Source of the DNA: the human T2T-CHM13v2.0 reference genome, Homo sapiens
DNA length: 64,000 nucleotides
Reading direction: 5' to 3'
Assembly: GCA_009914755.4 (NCBI GenBank)
Contig: CP086569.2
Span: 17,920,001 to 17,984,000 of the forward strand
The number at the start of each line of letters is the position of its first letter. The stretch's first letter is position 1. Under the pieces are notes generated by a model. It did not search any database and had not been told where the DNA came from. It worked only from the letters and a program-made list of their open reading frames with translations. The position numbers and the translations under genes were made by a program. Positions 13,701 through 28,487 of the stretch are shown in pieces.

Positions 13701-14954
13701 CTTTCACTGATTGCCACTAGTTCCTGGTGTTCCTGGATTTGCAGCTGAATAACTCCTATTGCTGGCTGCATCTTCACATGGACTTTTTCTTTATCGTTTG
13801 CCTCTATCTCCATGTTTCCTTTCTTCTTAGAAGGACAGCATCATTGGCTTTATAACCAACCCTAATGAGGGATAACCGTATTGTAACTTGACTGACATTG
13901 GAATAACTTGTGTGGGTCAGAGTCCTATGAATAGGTGGAGTAACTTAGATTCCAAGACTGGATTCTAAACCTCGTCTTGATCACTGTCTGATACTGGGGA
14001 ATTTTCTCATCCAAACTTCATTTTTCTTATTTATCAAAGCATTGGTGTCAGCAATTCTCATTTCAATATATCCATGTAAAAGTTAAATGAAACTGTGTAA
14101 CATGAGGTTGTTGGAATGCCTTGGTCAGATCCTATATAAGATTCAAACATCACCAGATAAGCACCACAGAATAAACAGAGCATGCCTATTTTCTAACTCA
14201 CCCTGAATCAAAAGTTTCAAATATTTTTTCCCAAAAACTAAAAGTGTTGTTCTAAAGGACAAAACAGGATAATGACAGAATTCCTGGGAAAATTTGTTTC
14301 TTGAAGAATTAGCTTACTTGTTAAATTACAGCGAAGCTAGAAAGTGGCGTAAAATTCAGTACTTCCACTAATATGCACACATTGAGCCCATGTTCAATTA
14401 CATGCCATTATTGAACCAGCTCCAGTTATATAAAGCAAAGGGGCCTTTCTGGACATTCAACATCCGCCATCTTTTTTTGCACAGGGAACAGATTAAAAGA
14501 AATGAGAACACTTCTTGTTTGAGGCATTTTCCTTGCTGGTCCCATGGAGTTTGGCTGTGGGGTCCCAGCTCATTCTTTTGTTTTCCTCTTCTCTCTGTGT
14601 GAATGATGCTTTCTGCAGGGCCTATGTTTGTTCAGATATTTCTATGATGACCAACTCATCCAAGTTTGGTCAGGAACTTTCTTGTTCTACCTCTGAAAGT
14701 CCTGCACCCAGGAACTCACTCTGTCATAAGCAAACTGGCATGATTGTCATAGCCACCACAGGGTTTGACTGACTCTATCCTTTGTCAGAGGTAAACAGAA
14801 TTGAGGTGAGGTCCAAATGCTGTACCTTGTCTTGTACAGGAGAATAAAGTTACAACAAAAATCTTTTTTCTTCTATCACTTTTTATATTGCCTCATGTAA
14901 GATGAGACTCATCTCTTATTTGGCAGATTGTAAATTATGCATGTAGCACAATCT

Positions 14955-15995
14955 CTACCTACCTATGTAGCCAGTTTCCTAGCTGGCTACCTACCTATAT
15001 ACTTACAAACTTATCTATTTACTTAACTACCTACCTATCCACCTATCTATTTGTCTACTACCTACTAAATATGGCCTAAGTACCTATGTACCTATCTATA
15101 TTTCTTTCTATTTACCTACCTACCTACATATCTGCCCATCTATTTAGCTACCTACCCATCTACCTACCTCTGTACCTCTCTATTTACCTGTCTACCACTT
15201 ACTAAATATGACCTAAATACCTCTTGATTACAGATATTATATATCTTCTTACCTAATAGCATACCTAGCTGTCTACCTATCTACATATCTACATATTTAC
15301 TTAGCTACCTACCTTCTCACCTACTTACTAACCAAGCTACCTATATTCTCACTACGTACCTACCTACCTGCCTGTCTACTACATACTAAATATGACCTAA
15401 GTACCTATCTATATAGCCTTTCTATCTACTAAGCTACCTATCTATATAGCTGGTTAGCTAGCTACATACCAACTTATACCTACATACTTATCTACTTATC
15501 TATGTACCTATCAACTTATGAATATACCTACCTATCTACCCTACCTACCTATCTGCCTATGAAATATGACCTAAGTACTTATCTGTATACCTTTATACCT
15601 ACTAAACTACCTATCTACCTAGCTAATTAGCTACCTATCAATGTATACTTATCTACTTATCTACTTAAGTATCTACTAGTTATGAATATACTTACCTAAC
15701 TATCCACTTATCTACCCCACCTACCAGTATACCTGTTTACTACCTATTAAATATGACCTAAGCACCTATTTATTTATCTTTCTACCTACTAACCTACCTA
15801 CCTACCAAGCTACCTACTAAACTACCTATTTATCTACCTACTTACCGAACAATCCACCTACCTACATGCCTACCTGTCTAAGTACTGTGTTTGCTAACTA
15901 TTAAATATGACCTAAAAACCTATCTATATACCTTTCAACCTACTTACCTACCTATCCACCTACCTATATAAACCCACTACCTATCTACATACCTA
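14955..15995. repeat. About 1-kb minisatellite built on the TACC/TATC motif, with about 140-190-bp higher-order periodicity
   Basis: Continuous CTACCTACCTATCTAC-type sequence. A recurring landmark ACTAAATATGACCTAAGTACCTATCTATATA sits at about 15067, 15204, 15388, 15562, 15749 and 15903. Confidence 0.85.
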
Positions 15996-17742
15996 TGGGA
16001 AACCTAGATCCCAAGAAAAAAGTCAGTTTTGGAAATCAAATCCCAGACCCTGTTATTATATTGTCAGGTTAAGATGTAGTTATCCTTTCTTTTTCATTAA
16101 CTCCTCTGTGGCAACACTTGCATACTGTCACCCACATTTCTGGTCAAGTGTATACCTGACTTGGGAATTGACGGTTGGAGGGAAACTTAGCCACTGTCAT
16201 TGGCCTGAATCCCCCAATATCTTGGTCCTTGCATCACCCATTGTTCAGCCATTTGTGCCTAGTCTTGGCTGCCCTCAATGGGCAACAGTCAACATTACAG
16301 GGCTCTGATAATAAACACCTCAACAGTTTCCTCGATGTCCTTTGTAAAATGCATACTCACTTACACCATGCTTCACACATTGATTTGAAAAAAGAGATTC
16401 AGTACCTGATTTAAATATACCACCAATTTAGTAAACTACATGATGCAAAGCATTGAGTTGTCAAATCATACCCTCTGGAGTCAACCGGGCCAGGCTTTAA
16501 TGAGAATGTCACAGGAATGAGTCATTTTGCAACACAGTAAAGAAGGGAGTTTCTTTTCTTCCATCACCACTACTCAAGTTTCCTCTTTGCACATTGTATG
16601 TTTCTAGCCAGGTTGATGGATGAGGTTTCTAACAAAGACCAATGACCCCTTTACCATCAAAAAATAAAAATTTGGGGTCAGAAAATATATTTTTTTCTTT
16701 ACTCAGTTGCACAGCTTAGTTAAATGTGTCCAGGGAGCTATTTCACATAAATCCATAGATGCCATGTTTCTTTGCCGTAAAAGGTTCCTAAACAACTAGG
16801 TACATCATGCTGAAACAGACCATAGATAAGGATTATTTTGCTAGCAAAAACCATTTGGTTGGTTCACTATAAGGTCTGCAAGGAGGATAATTAGAATAAA
16901 ATGAGCCTGAATCTCTTGTGCTAACTCCCACACCAAAGGAAATAAATGGGTAGAAAGCCTGTTACTTTAATTGTTGGCTTCCCAGTGAAGAAACCTAAAG
17001 ATTTTTATTGATATTAATATACACAGGCACTATCCCAACATTCTCTCTCTCTCCCTTAACTTAGTTAGCTTTAAGCCTTCCAAGTCTATAAAAGTACACT
17101 TTAAGTTAGTTAAAGTGTAGAATTTGAAGAGTTGATAAAGACATCTCTAAAGATGACCAGGAGTGAATTAATCACATTAATTCCATTCTGCTCAAAACAT
17201 ATTACAATGAGGAAAAGCATGAAAGAAAATATCAGAGCAAAAAGAAAAAAAGGATAATTACATGACTTTGCTATAGAGTCCTACTCCTCTTTTCATTATA
17301 TCTCTTTTCTACATCCACCTTGGCAATCTACTGGTACCTCTATGTTCAGATCCAAAATTATGACCTGCCCCTGGGATTCCCTCTCTTGCTCTTGGTCCCA
17401 CTTACATGTTCCAATGTCTTACATAGCATTACCAAAAACAAGCACAAATCCTTAGAGATCCTTGATTTTTTTTCTTCTTATTAATGGGTCAGCGAATGTC
17501 TGTAGAATCCAAGTCTTGCACTATATTGATTCAATCATTTTCTTTCATTGATTTTTTTCTGTAAGAGTCACAAACTTCAGCTTCCTGAGTCCCAAGAATT
17601 TGAAGATACATTCTGGAGTGTTTCCCAATGTAATTTGTTAGTAGCTGCTGCACATTATGTTTATTGTTTTAGTTTGAGTAGACCCTTCTGTCAGGGAAGG
17701 TCTGTCCAGTGCATGAAGGAAGGACTATCTGGGTTGCGGGAA

Positions 17743-18043
17743 TTTTTTTTTTTTTTTTTGAGACAGAGACTCACTCTGTCACCCAGGCTGGAGGGCAGTG
17801 GCATGATCTTGGCTCACTGAAAGCTCTGCCTCCAGGATTCACACCATTCTCCCTTCTCAGCCTCCTGAGTAGTTGGAACTATGGGCATCCGCCACTATGC
17901 CTGGCTAATTTTTTGTATTTTTACTAGAGAGGGGTTTTCACCACATTAGCAAGGATAGTCTTGATCTCTTGACCTCGTAATCCACCTGCCTTGGCCTCCC
18001 AATGTGCTGGGATTACAGGCTTGAGCCACCACACATAGCCTGG
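17743..18043 (-). mobile_element. Alu SINE
   Basis: T17 then GAGACAGAGACTCACTCTGTCACCCAGGCTGGAGGGCAGTGGCATGATCTTGGCTCACTG ... GCTGGGATTACAGGCTTGAGCCACCACACATAGCCTGGG. Confidence 0.85.
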
Positions 18044-18254
18044 GTTGCTGTTTTATTTGCAATTGCAGATGGCTTTCTCCTCAACTTCCATCTAGGGTGC
18101 CTTCTCTAGAGCCCATGATAAATTATGTTGTCATACATTTTATTAATTAAAAAAATTAAAATTATCTCAGACCTCATGGGATTCCCTTACCTAACACACA
18201 TTCCCTTACCTCCCTAAGTTCTAATTTCTGGAAGCCTCCACTTGCCTCTGGTAC

Positions 18255-18360
18255 TCATAATTTTTTATTATACTTTAAGTTTTAGGGTACATGTTCACAA
18301 TGTGCAGGTTTGTTACATATGTATACATGTGCCATGTTGGTGTGCTGCACCCATTTTAGC
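18255..18360 (-). mobile_element. L1 extreme 3'-end fragment
   Basis: TTATTATACTTTAAGTTTTAGGGTACATGTTCACAATGTGCAGGTTTGTTACATATGTATACATGTGCCATGTTGGTGTGCTGCACCCAT is the reverse complement of the terminal L1PA 3' UTR. Confidence 0.75.
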
Positions 18361-19944
18361 AAAATTATTTTTACGCTAAACACTTTTGGAACATTTCCTT
18401 TACTTTATTTTTCTTATTGAAAGCTTGGCCCTTCCTTGGGAAGTAGCAATTCATTGGCAGCACCTTTCAATAGAGACAGTTCTCTTTTTCAGTTTTCTCA
18501 TCCCCAGGGCTAGAGGCGGCATGATCTCCTTTTGCCTGATGACAGCTTCCTGCAGAATCTCCTTTTTTAAAAAGGCCAGCTTTGGAGCTTATATTATTGG
18601 TCATGTTGGCTATGTCACTTTCCCCCTCCCTCCTAAGGGACAACCATGGAGGAATCCATTGTTTGCTGAAAATTTTAGCATGGGATTCACAGACACTACT
18701 TTTGTTTTAGTAAGTGAATATTTTAAAATTAATGGAGTTTCAACCTCAGGTACATATTGACATCTTGGAGGAGATTTGAAAATTATAAAGCCTACAAAAT
18801 AATAAAGCCTCTGTCCTCAGAGAGTTTCAGATTCTGTGACTTGGACTCTGCTTTCAGAAGTTCCCCAACTGAGCATAATGCATAGCCAGGATTGAAAACC
18901 ACACACATAAATGGTCTTTTCAATACCTTGGTTATTTCAGTTTCTTGATCTCTTGCATGGTTTTCCTTGTTGCTAATTCTGACATGCATTCCTATATTCT
19001 CAACCTTCTCATTACTCACAACCAAAAAGCATAGACAATCTTTCCAGTGCATTCATATTTCCATTTCTTTATGTCTTCTCTTGCATATTTTTTATTTTTC
19101 CTGACTCTGGAATGCATGCCCATAATCTCCACATTCTCATTACTCATAACTCTGACATCAGTTTTAAAGATTTACATCCTCTAATTACCATTTATCACTT
19201 TTTCTTTTCTGTTCCTCATGCTGACAGTCTTCAGTTCTGCTAGGACTGAAACTTACTGTTTTTGGTTTGATTTTTACCATTGCATTGCTATTTGTTGCCC
19301 CGTTCCTGTTCTTATGGCTACTCTTATTTACCTTCAATGATGTGTGCCACCATGATATTCCTTGTTTGCCTTCACCTATAACTCCATTTACTCTCTGGAA
19401 AGGAACCTCATTTGAAAACATGAAAAAAAAATATGATGACAGATTGGTATTTTGTTATATAGAATAGACAAGGTGATAACTGCAGTAAGAAAATCATATA
19501 CTAATTCAGAGTCCCTTAAGATAGCAAGGGTTTGTTTCTAACTCTTGACAACTGTTCAGAAAAGTTATTTCCCATGCAGATGGCTCTGTTCCTAATTTGT
19601 AGCTCAACAATCTGGAAAAGGTGGCCTCCTTAGTGTATACAGGAAAGGAAGGAAAACTGGATAACTCCACATAGAATTGTTTGTGTGTATTTCATTAGTG
19701 AGAAATAGGTGTATCATCTCACTGAATAGCCAGGAGCCTGAGATGCAGTCTCTTCAAGGCTGGAAGGGATGACAATCATTTACTGATGAATACTAGTAAT
19801 TGTGGGGGATTTTGGGGGGTTTACAGATCATATTATTTATTTTTTCAACTATCTTACTTTATTCCAGATTACGGGTAACAGGCAATAACAATATATTATT
19901 AGGTAACACAGTGAATTGACTCCTCTGCTAATCCCTTGATTTAA

Positions 19945-21180
19945 AAAAAAATTTTCAAAAGTTTTGAAGGGAAAGGTGGTATTTGCTGCACAGAAAAGTT
20001 CTTCAGTGGTGATTTCCAAGATTTTTGCTGCACCCATCCACCGAGTAGTGTACACTTTACCCAATGTGTGGTCTTTTACTCTCACCCCCACTTCCACCCT
20101 TCCCCCCAAGTCCCCACAGTCCCTTATACCATCCTTATGCCTTTGTGTCCTCATAGCTTAGCTCCCACTTATAAGAGAGAACATGTAATATTAGGTTTTT
20201 TATTTCTGAGTTACTTTGCTTAGAATAATGGTCTCCAACCCCAACCAGGTTGCTGTGAATGCCATTATTTTTTTCCTTTTTATGGCTCAATAGTAAGTTA
20301 GTGTATATATATATTACATTTTCTTTATTCACTTGTTGGTTGATGGGCATTTAGTCTAAATACTTATTTTAGCAATTGAAAATTTTACTGTTGTAAACAT
20401 GCTTGTGCAAGTGTCTTTTTTATATAGACACTGACTTAACTTTTCTTTGGGTAGATATCCACTAGTGGGATTGGTGAATCAAATGGTAGTTGTGATGGTT
20501 AATATTGAGTTCAACTTGATTGGATTGAAGAATGCAAGGTATTGTTCCTGAGTGTGTCTGTGAGGATATTGACAAAGGAGATTAACATTTGAATTGGTGG
20601 ACTGGCAGAGGCAGATCACCATTATTCTTGGTAGCCACCATCTAGTCAGCTGCCAGTGCAGCTAGGATAAAAGCAGGCAGAGGAAGGTGGAAGAACTAGA
20701 CTGGCTGAGTTTTCTGGCCTCCATCTTTCTCCCATGCTGGATGCTTCATGGCCTCAAACATCAGGCTACAAGCTTTTGGACTTTTGAACTTACACCAGTG
20801 GTTTGCCAGGGGCTCTCAGGCCCTTGGCCACAGACCGAAGGCTGCACTGTTGGCTTCCCTACTTTTGAGATTTTTGGGATTCAGAATGGCTTCTTTGCTC
20901 CTCCGCTTGCAGATGGCTTATTGTGGGATTTCACCTTGTGATTATGTGATTCAATACTCCTTAATAAACTCCCTTTAATATTTATATCTATCCTATTACT
21001 CCTATCCCTCTAGGGAACCCTGACTAATACAGTAGTTCTTCTAGTTCTTTAAGGAATCTCTGTACTGTTTTCCACAGTGGTTGTACTAGTTTACATTCCT
21101 GCCAGTAGTATAAAAGTGTCCACTTTTCACCACATCCAGGCCAACATCTGTTATTTGTTCAGTAAGACTGAGCACATTTT
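19945..21180 (-). mobile_element. LINE-1 3' end (older subfamily), interrupted by the MLT1-like LTR at 20501-21030
   Basis: The reverse-complement L1 3' UTR block ...AGCTCCCACTTATAAGAGAGAACATGTAATATTAGGTTTTTTATTTCTGAGTTACTTTGCTTAGAATAATGGTCTCCAACC... runs on through GGGATTGGTGAATCAAATGGTAGT. After the LTR it resumes TAGTTCTTCTAGTTCTTTAAGGAATCTCTGTACTGTTTTCCACAGTGGTTGTACTAGTTTACATTCCTGCCAGTAGTATAAAAGTGTCC. This matches the reverse complement of ORF2 C-terminal coding sequence. Confidence 0.65.
20501..21030 (+). mobile_element. MaLR solo LTR (MLT1-like) nested in the L1, with TSD GTAGT
   Basis: Begins TGTGATGGTTAATATTGAGTTCAACTTGATTGGATTGAAGAATGCAAGGTATTGTTCCTGAGTGTGTCTGTGAGGATATTGACAAAGGAGATTAACATTTGAATTGGTGGACTGG. 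Ends ...CTCCTTAATAAACTCCCTTTAATATTTATATCTATCCTATTACTCCTATCCCTCTAGGGAACCCTGACTAATACA. GTAGT flanks both sides. Confidence 0.65.
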
Positions 21181-21187
21181 CTTTTCT

Positions 21188-21459
<272 letters not shown>

Positions 21460-24056
21460 CCATTTTCTTGATCAGCAATTGAAGGTCAGAGTTGTAATCT
21501 AATTTATTCAAACTTCACTACCATTAAGAATGATAAGATGTCAATAACGATTTGCCTATAAGTTACACCATGAGTTCTACTCCTATAGCAGAACAATTAA
21601 GCCCAGAACAGAATGTCACACCTGGATTAGAGGTGTGATTTGAAGACCAGTGTCATGTTTCTTCTTTGTGCATTCATTTGTGATAGACACCTTAATTTTT
21701 AGTATCTTCAGAATGAGCTCCATTTTGGTTCCCAAAGCTCCTGGTTGTTTCATCCTAAACAAGTTCACATATTTGAGTTGTCTTCCTGACCAAGAAAGCC
21801 ATCTGAGCTTGTGGTTCTACCTTTTAACCTCTATAAGGCACAATAACCTGAGATGCAATAACCCAAGGCAAGTTTATTTTGGTGGAATATCAATCCTATC
21901 TGCTAACTAGCTTTAAAACAAATACCTCTACAATTAATTTGTTTAATCTGTTGCCAACCAGCTGAAAAAGTACAATAAAAACTGATTACTTGTTTTATTT
22001 CTTGAGACCTTGATGCTGCAAATATTAGACCAGCCATGGCACACAAGCCTTGAATAAACCAGTTGAAAAAAATTTCATTTAAATGACCAGCATCCTCCTC
22101 ACTTTGTCTCCTGATCTTAGTGAACTGATGTTATCCTTTCCAATAAATAATATTTCAGGATTATGAGTGCTTTATTGTGTTGATCTCTTCCCTCCAAGGA
22201 GTAGAGTGGACATCAGGGATCATCTACTTAATACTGGAACTTGACTCTGTCTGATTTAGCTTCCAGCTTCAGAAGCATTTTGGTTTTAATTGTGTTTACC
22301 TTTTAATGACTACAGTCAAAGATCAGCAATAATAAATATTCATCTACCACTGCATCTGAGGGAGAGGTGCTCCAAAAATCAACTGCAGTAAGTTAAAACA
22401 TCATCAGTCGCATTAAATATCACTATTTATACAATTCTTCTCCTTGTACTCTTGTCTCAGGAAATTGTTTGGAAATGCAAATTCAGACTTTAAGGTCACA
22501 GTCAGGGATATTCTGTAACTCTGGATTGAATGAATATTTCAGACATCCATACCTAGTACCCAAAATATTCTGTTTCATGAAACTTTGGCAAATAACTGAG
22601 GCAGGGAGGAGTATGGGGGTTAATGTATATTGATTAGGAAACAGCAGGTCATCAAACTTCTTTTCCCAGCATTTTGAACAAGATTTTGAACTGTTCCTAC
22701 CCTGCTTACACCAGAATAAAAATTTCCATGACTTTACTGATGTGTGGATTCTTTTTACTGGCTACATGATCACAGTAAGTTCACAACCCCAATGCCTCCC
22801 TTTCCTTACCTGTTAACAGGATCACAGTGCATCCATCATGAGGCTACAATTAGGTAATACAAGCAGAGAGGGTGGCAGAAATCCTGTAAAGAGAAATACC
22901 CCCCAAAGACATTGGCTGTTACGATTAATCCATTCTGCCTGCAGTACTGTTCTAAGAAGTCACAGAACAAAATCAGCTACCCAGATTCACAAGTAATTCC
23001 ATCTGATCATGCACATCTAACCATTTCAAAAACATGGAAACAAAAGTTACCAGTTGATGGAATGTGCTGAATACAGGAAAATAGTGTTCCATCTGCTGAT
23101 TTATTGACCTTCCAGTTGAACAGAAATAGTGAATCCCTGTATAGAGTTAAAATTCTTTTCACATACAAACTTCCATCCATTAAGTGTGGTTGAACCTCAA
23201 ACAACATGTTGGATATTGATTCCTGAATAGAAACTCTAAATATAATGCTTAATGCTTGTAGGATTTACTGTGAATATATTTACATGTTCTTACAGGAGTT
23301 AAATGTCAGGATTTAAAGGTTATGCCAATGGATTGTCCACATGGATTCCAAAATTGATTCTTACTAATCTCTTTCTTCATTTTTCAGTCAGAAAATATGA
23401 TTTAATTCACGAGCATGATGTTGTAATCAAGACCACATTAGAATCCCAGGGTTAGCTCTTACCCTGTTTGTCACCATGGGCAAACCAAGATGTCCAAGAT
23501 CTCTCATCTGAAAGGTGAAAATAAAAAATATGTCCTACATAGCTCTTTCAGTTATTATGAATATAAAATGACTGATTGCGTATGTGATGGCTTTATAAAT
23601 TATAAAGTGCTATGATATGTAAGACTCTTGAATTGACTCCAAAATGTATGAGTGGAGCATGTCTTCTCTTTTCTCCTAATTTATTTGGATTTCCTTGTCC
23701 ATTATCCCTGGACTGTTTGCTCCTCAACTTTTTAGGCTACCAAAAGAAAGTCCTAAAGTTGGTAGAACTAGCTTTTCCTAACTTGTCCCTGGAGGTGCTG
23801 GAGAAAAGCAGCATGGCAAATGGTGGTAACCTTAAGTTATGACAATGACCCCTAAGGTAGACTGTGGTACTGCCCAGAAGTCCTACTATATTATCTTTCT
23901 TAATTTAGTCTCCCAATCCCATGCAAGCCAACTTTGCATTTTGTCCTTTCTGCTTAAACTTCTAAAGCCTGTTTGTGCTCTTCAAACTTGGCTAATGACC
24001 TCGTTTTGGGTTTCTCTAAGAAAAAAAAAGCATATTAGAGGGAATTTGCTCATTGT

Positions 24057-24430
24057 ATTTGTCCATTCTCACACTATACCTGAGACTGGGTAATTTATAA
24101 AGAAAATAGGTTTAATCAGCTTGTGGTTCTGTGGACTGTACAGGCTTTTTCTTCTGGGGGAGGCCTCAGGAAACTTACAGTCATGGTGGAAGGCAAAGGG
24201 GAAGTAAGAATGTCTTTACATGGCTGGCAGGAGAGACAGAGAAAAGTGTGACACTTTCAAACAACCAGGTCTTGTGAGAACTTACTTATGAGACACCACT
24301 AGGAGGATTGTCCTAAACCATTAAAAATTACCCTTATATCCAATCTCCTCCCATCAGGCCCCACCTCCAAAGTTGGGAACTACAGTTGAACATGAGATTG
24401 GGGTGGGGACACAGAAACAAACCATATCAT
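24057..24430 (-). mobile_element. MaLR solo LTR (THE1/MST-like), minus orientation
   Basis: The top strand TTGTCCATTCTCACACTATACCTGAGACTGGGTAATTTATAAAGAAAATAGGTTTAATCAGCTTGTGGTTCTGTGGACTGTACAGG ... TTGGGAACTACAGTTGAACATGAGATTGGGGTGGGGACACAGAAACAAACCATATCA is the reverse complement of a THE1/MST-type LTR, TGATATGGTTTG...CCCAGTCTCAGGTATAGTGTGAGAATGGACAA. Confidence 0.7.
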
Positions 24431-25499
24431 CTGTGGTATCACATCTATAGGTATTCTTCTTGAGGAAATAGTTAATGTGGTAGGTCTATTTTACTTAATT
24501 CTAGCTTATCTCTGCAGCCTTGACAATGACCCTTGATCAAACTGTGAGAACAACACTAGTGAAACATTCAGATATGTATTTTATGTATTAGTCAGGGGTC
24601 TCTAGAGAAACAAAAACATATAAGATATATACAGTGATATATAGAAAGATATTTATTATGGGGAATTGACTTACATTACTATAGAGGCTGAGACATCCCA
24701 CAATCTGCCTTCTGCAATTTGCAAGCCCAAGAATGCTTGTGGTGTAGTTACAGTCTAAATGAAATGACTGAGCACAGAAGACAGATGTCCCACATACAGA
24801 AGAGAGAGTAAATTTGCTCTTAACCTTTAATTTTAATTCTTTTATTCAGTTCAGGAATTCAAGGGATTGGATAATGCCAACGTACATTGGTGAGAGCAAT
24901 CTTCTTTATTCAGTCTACTGACTCAAATGTTAATCTCCTCTGGAAACACCATCACTAACATATACAGAAATAATGTGTTTCTCACTATTTGGGCATCCCT
25001 TAGCTCAGACAAACTGACAAAAAAAAATTGTCTATGCCACTAGGAAAATATGTTGTTCTGTATACCCAAGCAGTGGGTCAAGATGAACTGGTCTGTCAAC
25101 CTTATTTGCTGTAAATATGATGATTCATGATGTGAGCCTTTTGTGGTTTTTGGGCTCAGCACCATGGCTAGTCATCTAAGAATATATACGTATTTGAGTA
25201 GCCTTCTTTTATAACTCTGAACCCTGGGACTTGAGTTAGATTCCCTGTGTAGAAATCTTGCATGCGTCTTTAAGGTTTATGCTGGAGAGTGTGACCATCA
25301 CAGAAAAGGAGAAGGAAGTTTCAGAAAATTATGTGATTTTCCCAGCCTTTGTCTAGGAATGTATTTTTCCTGTTGTTCCTTTCTGAAATATCCACTCCAC
25401 TTGGACACTCGTGCTTATATCCTCTCATCTACACAAGGATGATTCATCTATTATATCCTCTCTCTTTTCTCCATGGATAACCTTTTCCATCATCAATAC

Positions 25500-25799
25500 T
25501 TGTTTTGTTTCAGAGACAGGGCCTCACTGTGTCACCTGGGCTGGAGTGCAGTGAGGCAATCACAGTTCACTGCAGCCTCAAACTCTTAGGCTCCAACCAT
25601 CCTCATTCCTAAGCCTTCCAAGTAGCTGATACTATAGGTGAGCACCACCATGACCAGCTAATTTGTTTATTTTTATTTTTGTAGAGATGGAATCTCACCA
25701 AGTTGTCCGGTCTGGTTTTGAAATCGTGGCCTTAGCCAATCTTCCTACCTCTGCTTCCCAAAGTGTTAGGAATATAGGCATGAGCCATTGTGCCTGGCC
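25500..25799 (-). mobile_element. Alu SINE (older, AluJ-like)
   Basis: TTGTTTTGTTTCAGAGACAGGGCCTCACTGTGTCACCTGGGCTGGAGTGCAGTGAGGCAATCACAGTTCACTGCAGCCTCAAACTC ... AGGCATGAGCCATTGTGCCTGGCC. Confidence 0.8.
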
Positions 25800-26745
25800 A
25801 TTCCTTCATAAATCTTTAAGTTGATCATTCCATCAATTCAAAACACGCTGAAATATAAGCTACCTTAAAACAAACACACACACAAACCATCTAGACTTGG
25901 CAAAACTCAGATACTTACTTCAGTAATGCCAAGTGTCTCCAGTTATACTCACCATCTTTAATTCATTTCCTGATATTCTTTGAGAAGCTACTCCAATAAG
26001 ATTTTCCTTATTGTTGTGCAGACACTACTATAGCCTAGGCCACTAGTGCCTCTTTGGTGACATTTCCAGCAGTCATTTGTATAATTTCAACATACTAGTT
26101 CTACCAGCTTCATTTGAAGTAGGTGATGATTTCCTTACTTTTTCTCTGACATGATGCCATTTCTTGGACTTCCTTTTAGAACAATGGCAACTTCTTTCTC
26201 TGTATTTTTGATATTTTTCTGTATTTCCCTTATACTCTAAAATTTTGAGAGTTCCAGAGCTCAGTTTTAGAGTGAGCTTATATTTTGTACATTAACTCTG
26301 TATTTGATATCATCCTGTTCTACAGGGTTAAATAGCTTTCATTTCTTGATAATGCCTACATTTATATCTGGACCAATGACTTTTTTTCTTCTCCCAGAAT
26401 CTTGGAAGAAAACTCCAAAATTTTATATCCCACCACGAATTTGCACTCACAACAAGATGCATTATTGACATCTCCAGATGTTTTAAATATCTTTCTTTCC
26501 ATTTATTGAGGCAATTATTTATTTATTTATTATTGATACATAATAGTTGTGTATATTTTGGGAGTGCATATAATATTTTGATACAGATATACAATGTTCA
26601 ATGATCCAAACAGGGTAATCGAGGTAACCATCACCTCAAACACGTATTATTTTGTTTTGCTTAGTATATTTTAAATCTAGCTATTTTGAAATATATTGTA
26701 AATTCTTGATAACTTTCATCCCCCTACTGTGCTACAGAACAATAG

Positions 26746-27076
<331 letters not shown>

Positions 27077-27482
27077 TTAACTGTATTTTTGTGCTCATTT
27101 TATCAAGGTCTTTTAAAATTTCTCTAAACAATATAGTTTTCTGGATAAGATACTTCACATCTGTCATTCTATTAGTTCCTAGGTCCTTGATGTTTTTAAG
27201 ACATTGGAAGCATCCCCTTATAAAATTAATTTTGCTATTTGTTCCTGACTGTGTTAATATCAGCAGGTGCATAGTGGGAATCAGCTGAGCTGTTTTGCTG
27301 GAATAGGAGGCATAGCTTCATGGCATTGATCCCTGATTGAACATCTCTGGATTAACTTGTTAAAAATACTGTCTTGAGCACTACCTCCCACCTGAGTTTG
27401 TCCCTGAAATATTTCCCACTTACACAAAAAAGTTATACCATTACTCTAACAGTTCTCTAACAGTTGCATAGCCTAATTTTCT

Positions 27483-27683
<201 letters not shown>

Positions 27684-28487
27684 GCTAAGAATCTTAAAAT
27701 ATTTCTGTTGCCCTTTTGTGAACAGCCCACACTTAAATCTACTAACTTCCTCTATGTACTAGCCTTACAAAATATATCCAGAACAAATACTTTCCCGTGC
27801 CACAATGTTGTCCTTTTTCATACCTCATCCTCTTTTTCACTGCCAGTTATGATAACCTCATATCAGTCTTCTTTCTGTTATCCCGTGTCCTCCTTCAGTC
27901 TGTAGTTGATTTTTTAAAAACTGAGTAAAAGAACATCTCTAATTTTCTCAAAACTCTCCAAGGATTCCCATCTCAACGGAGTAAAAGCAAGTCCTTAGAA
28001 GGCCTATGAAATCCTCACCCACCTCTCCTCCCATTCTCTCCAATTTCTTTTTGTCACCTCCATTTTCTGTGTTCCAACCACTCTTCTGCACCCATATCCT
28101 CAAACATCTCAATCCCACTGCTATATTAGGAGATTTTTCTTGCCATTGTTTTCCTTCTTTCTTGTTTGCTTTTCCCAGCAGCTATCAACTTCATATGCTT
28201 TCTCACTTCCTTCAAAATATAATATTTTCAGAGAGGTATTCCTAAACCAGTTTCTACAAAAACAATCTCCGTGAGTTGCTATTCTTAATATTGCTGTTCT
28301 TCTTTCCGGTTATTACCGTTACCTGACGAAAAATATATCCATTTGTTCATTACTATTCTTATCCTACTAGAATATCAGTTTCATAAAAGATGAGTTTTAT
28401 TTGTTTTGTATGATATTGTATCTCAAATGCTTAGAAGAGTACTCAGCCTATAGAATAGTATTGTGTTTTGTACAAAAGTAATTGCAG

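Noticed and set aside
14390-14772. Unique-sequence ORFs of 70 and 85 aa upstream of the TACC minisatellite, and similar ORFs at 16108..16414 and 18386..18760, as possible exons
   Set aside because: They have no recognisable protein similarity and no obvious splice-site or start context. Their length is typical of random ORFs in AT-moderate unique DNA. I cannot support an exon call without conservation data.
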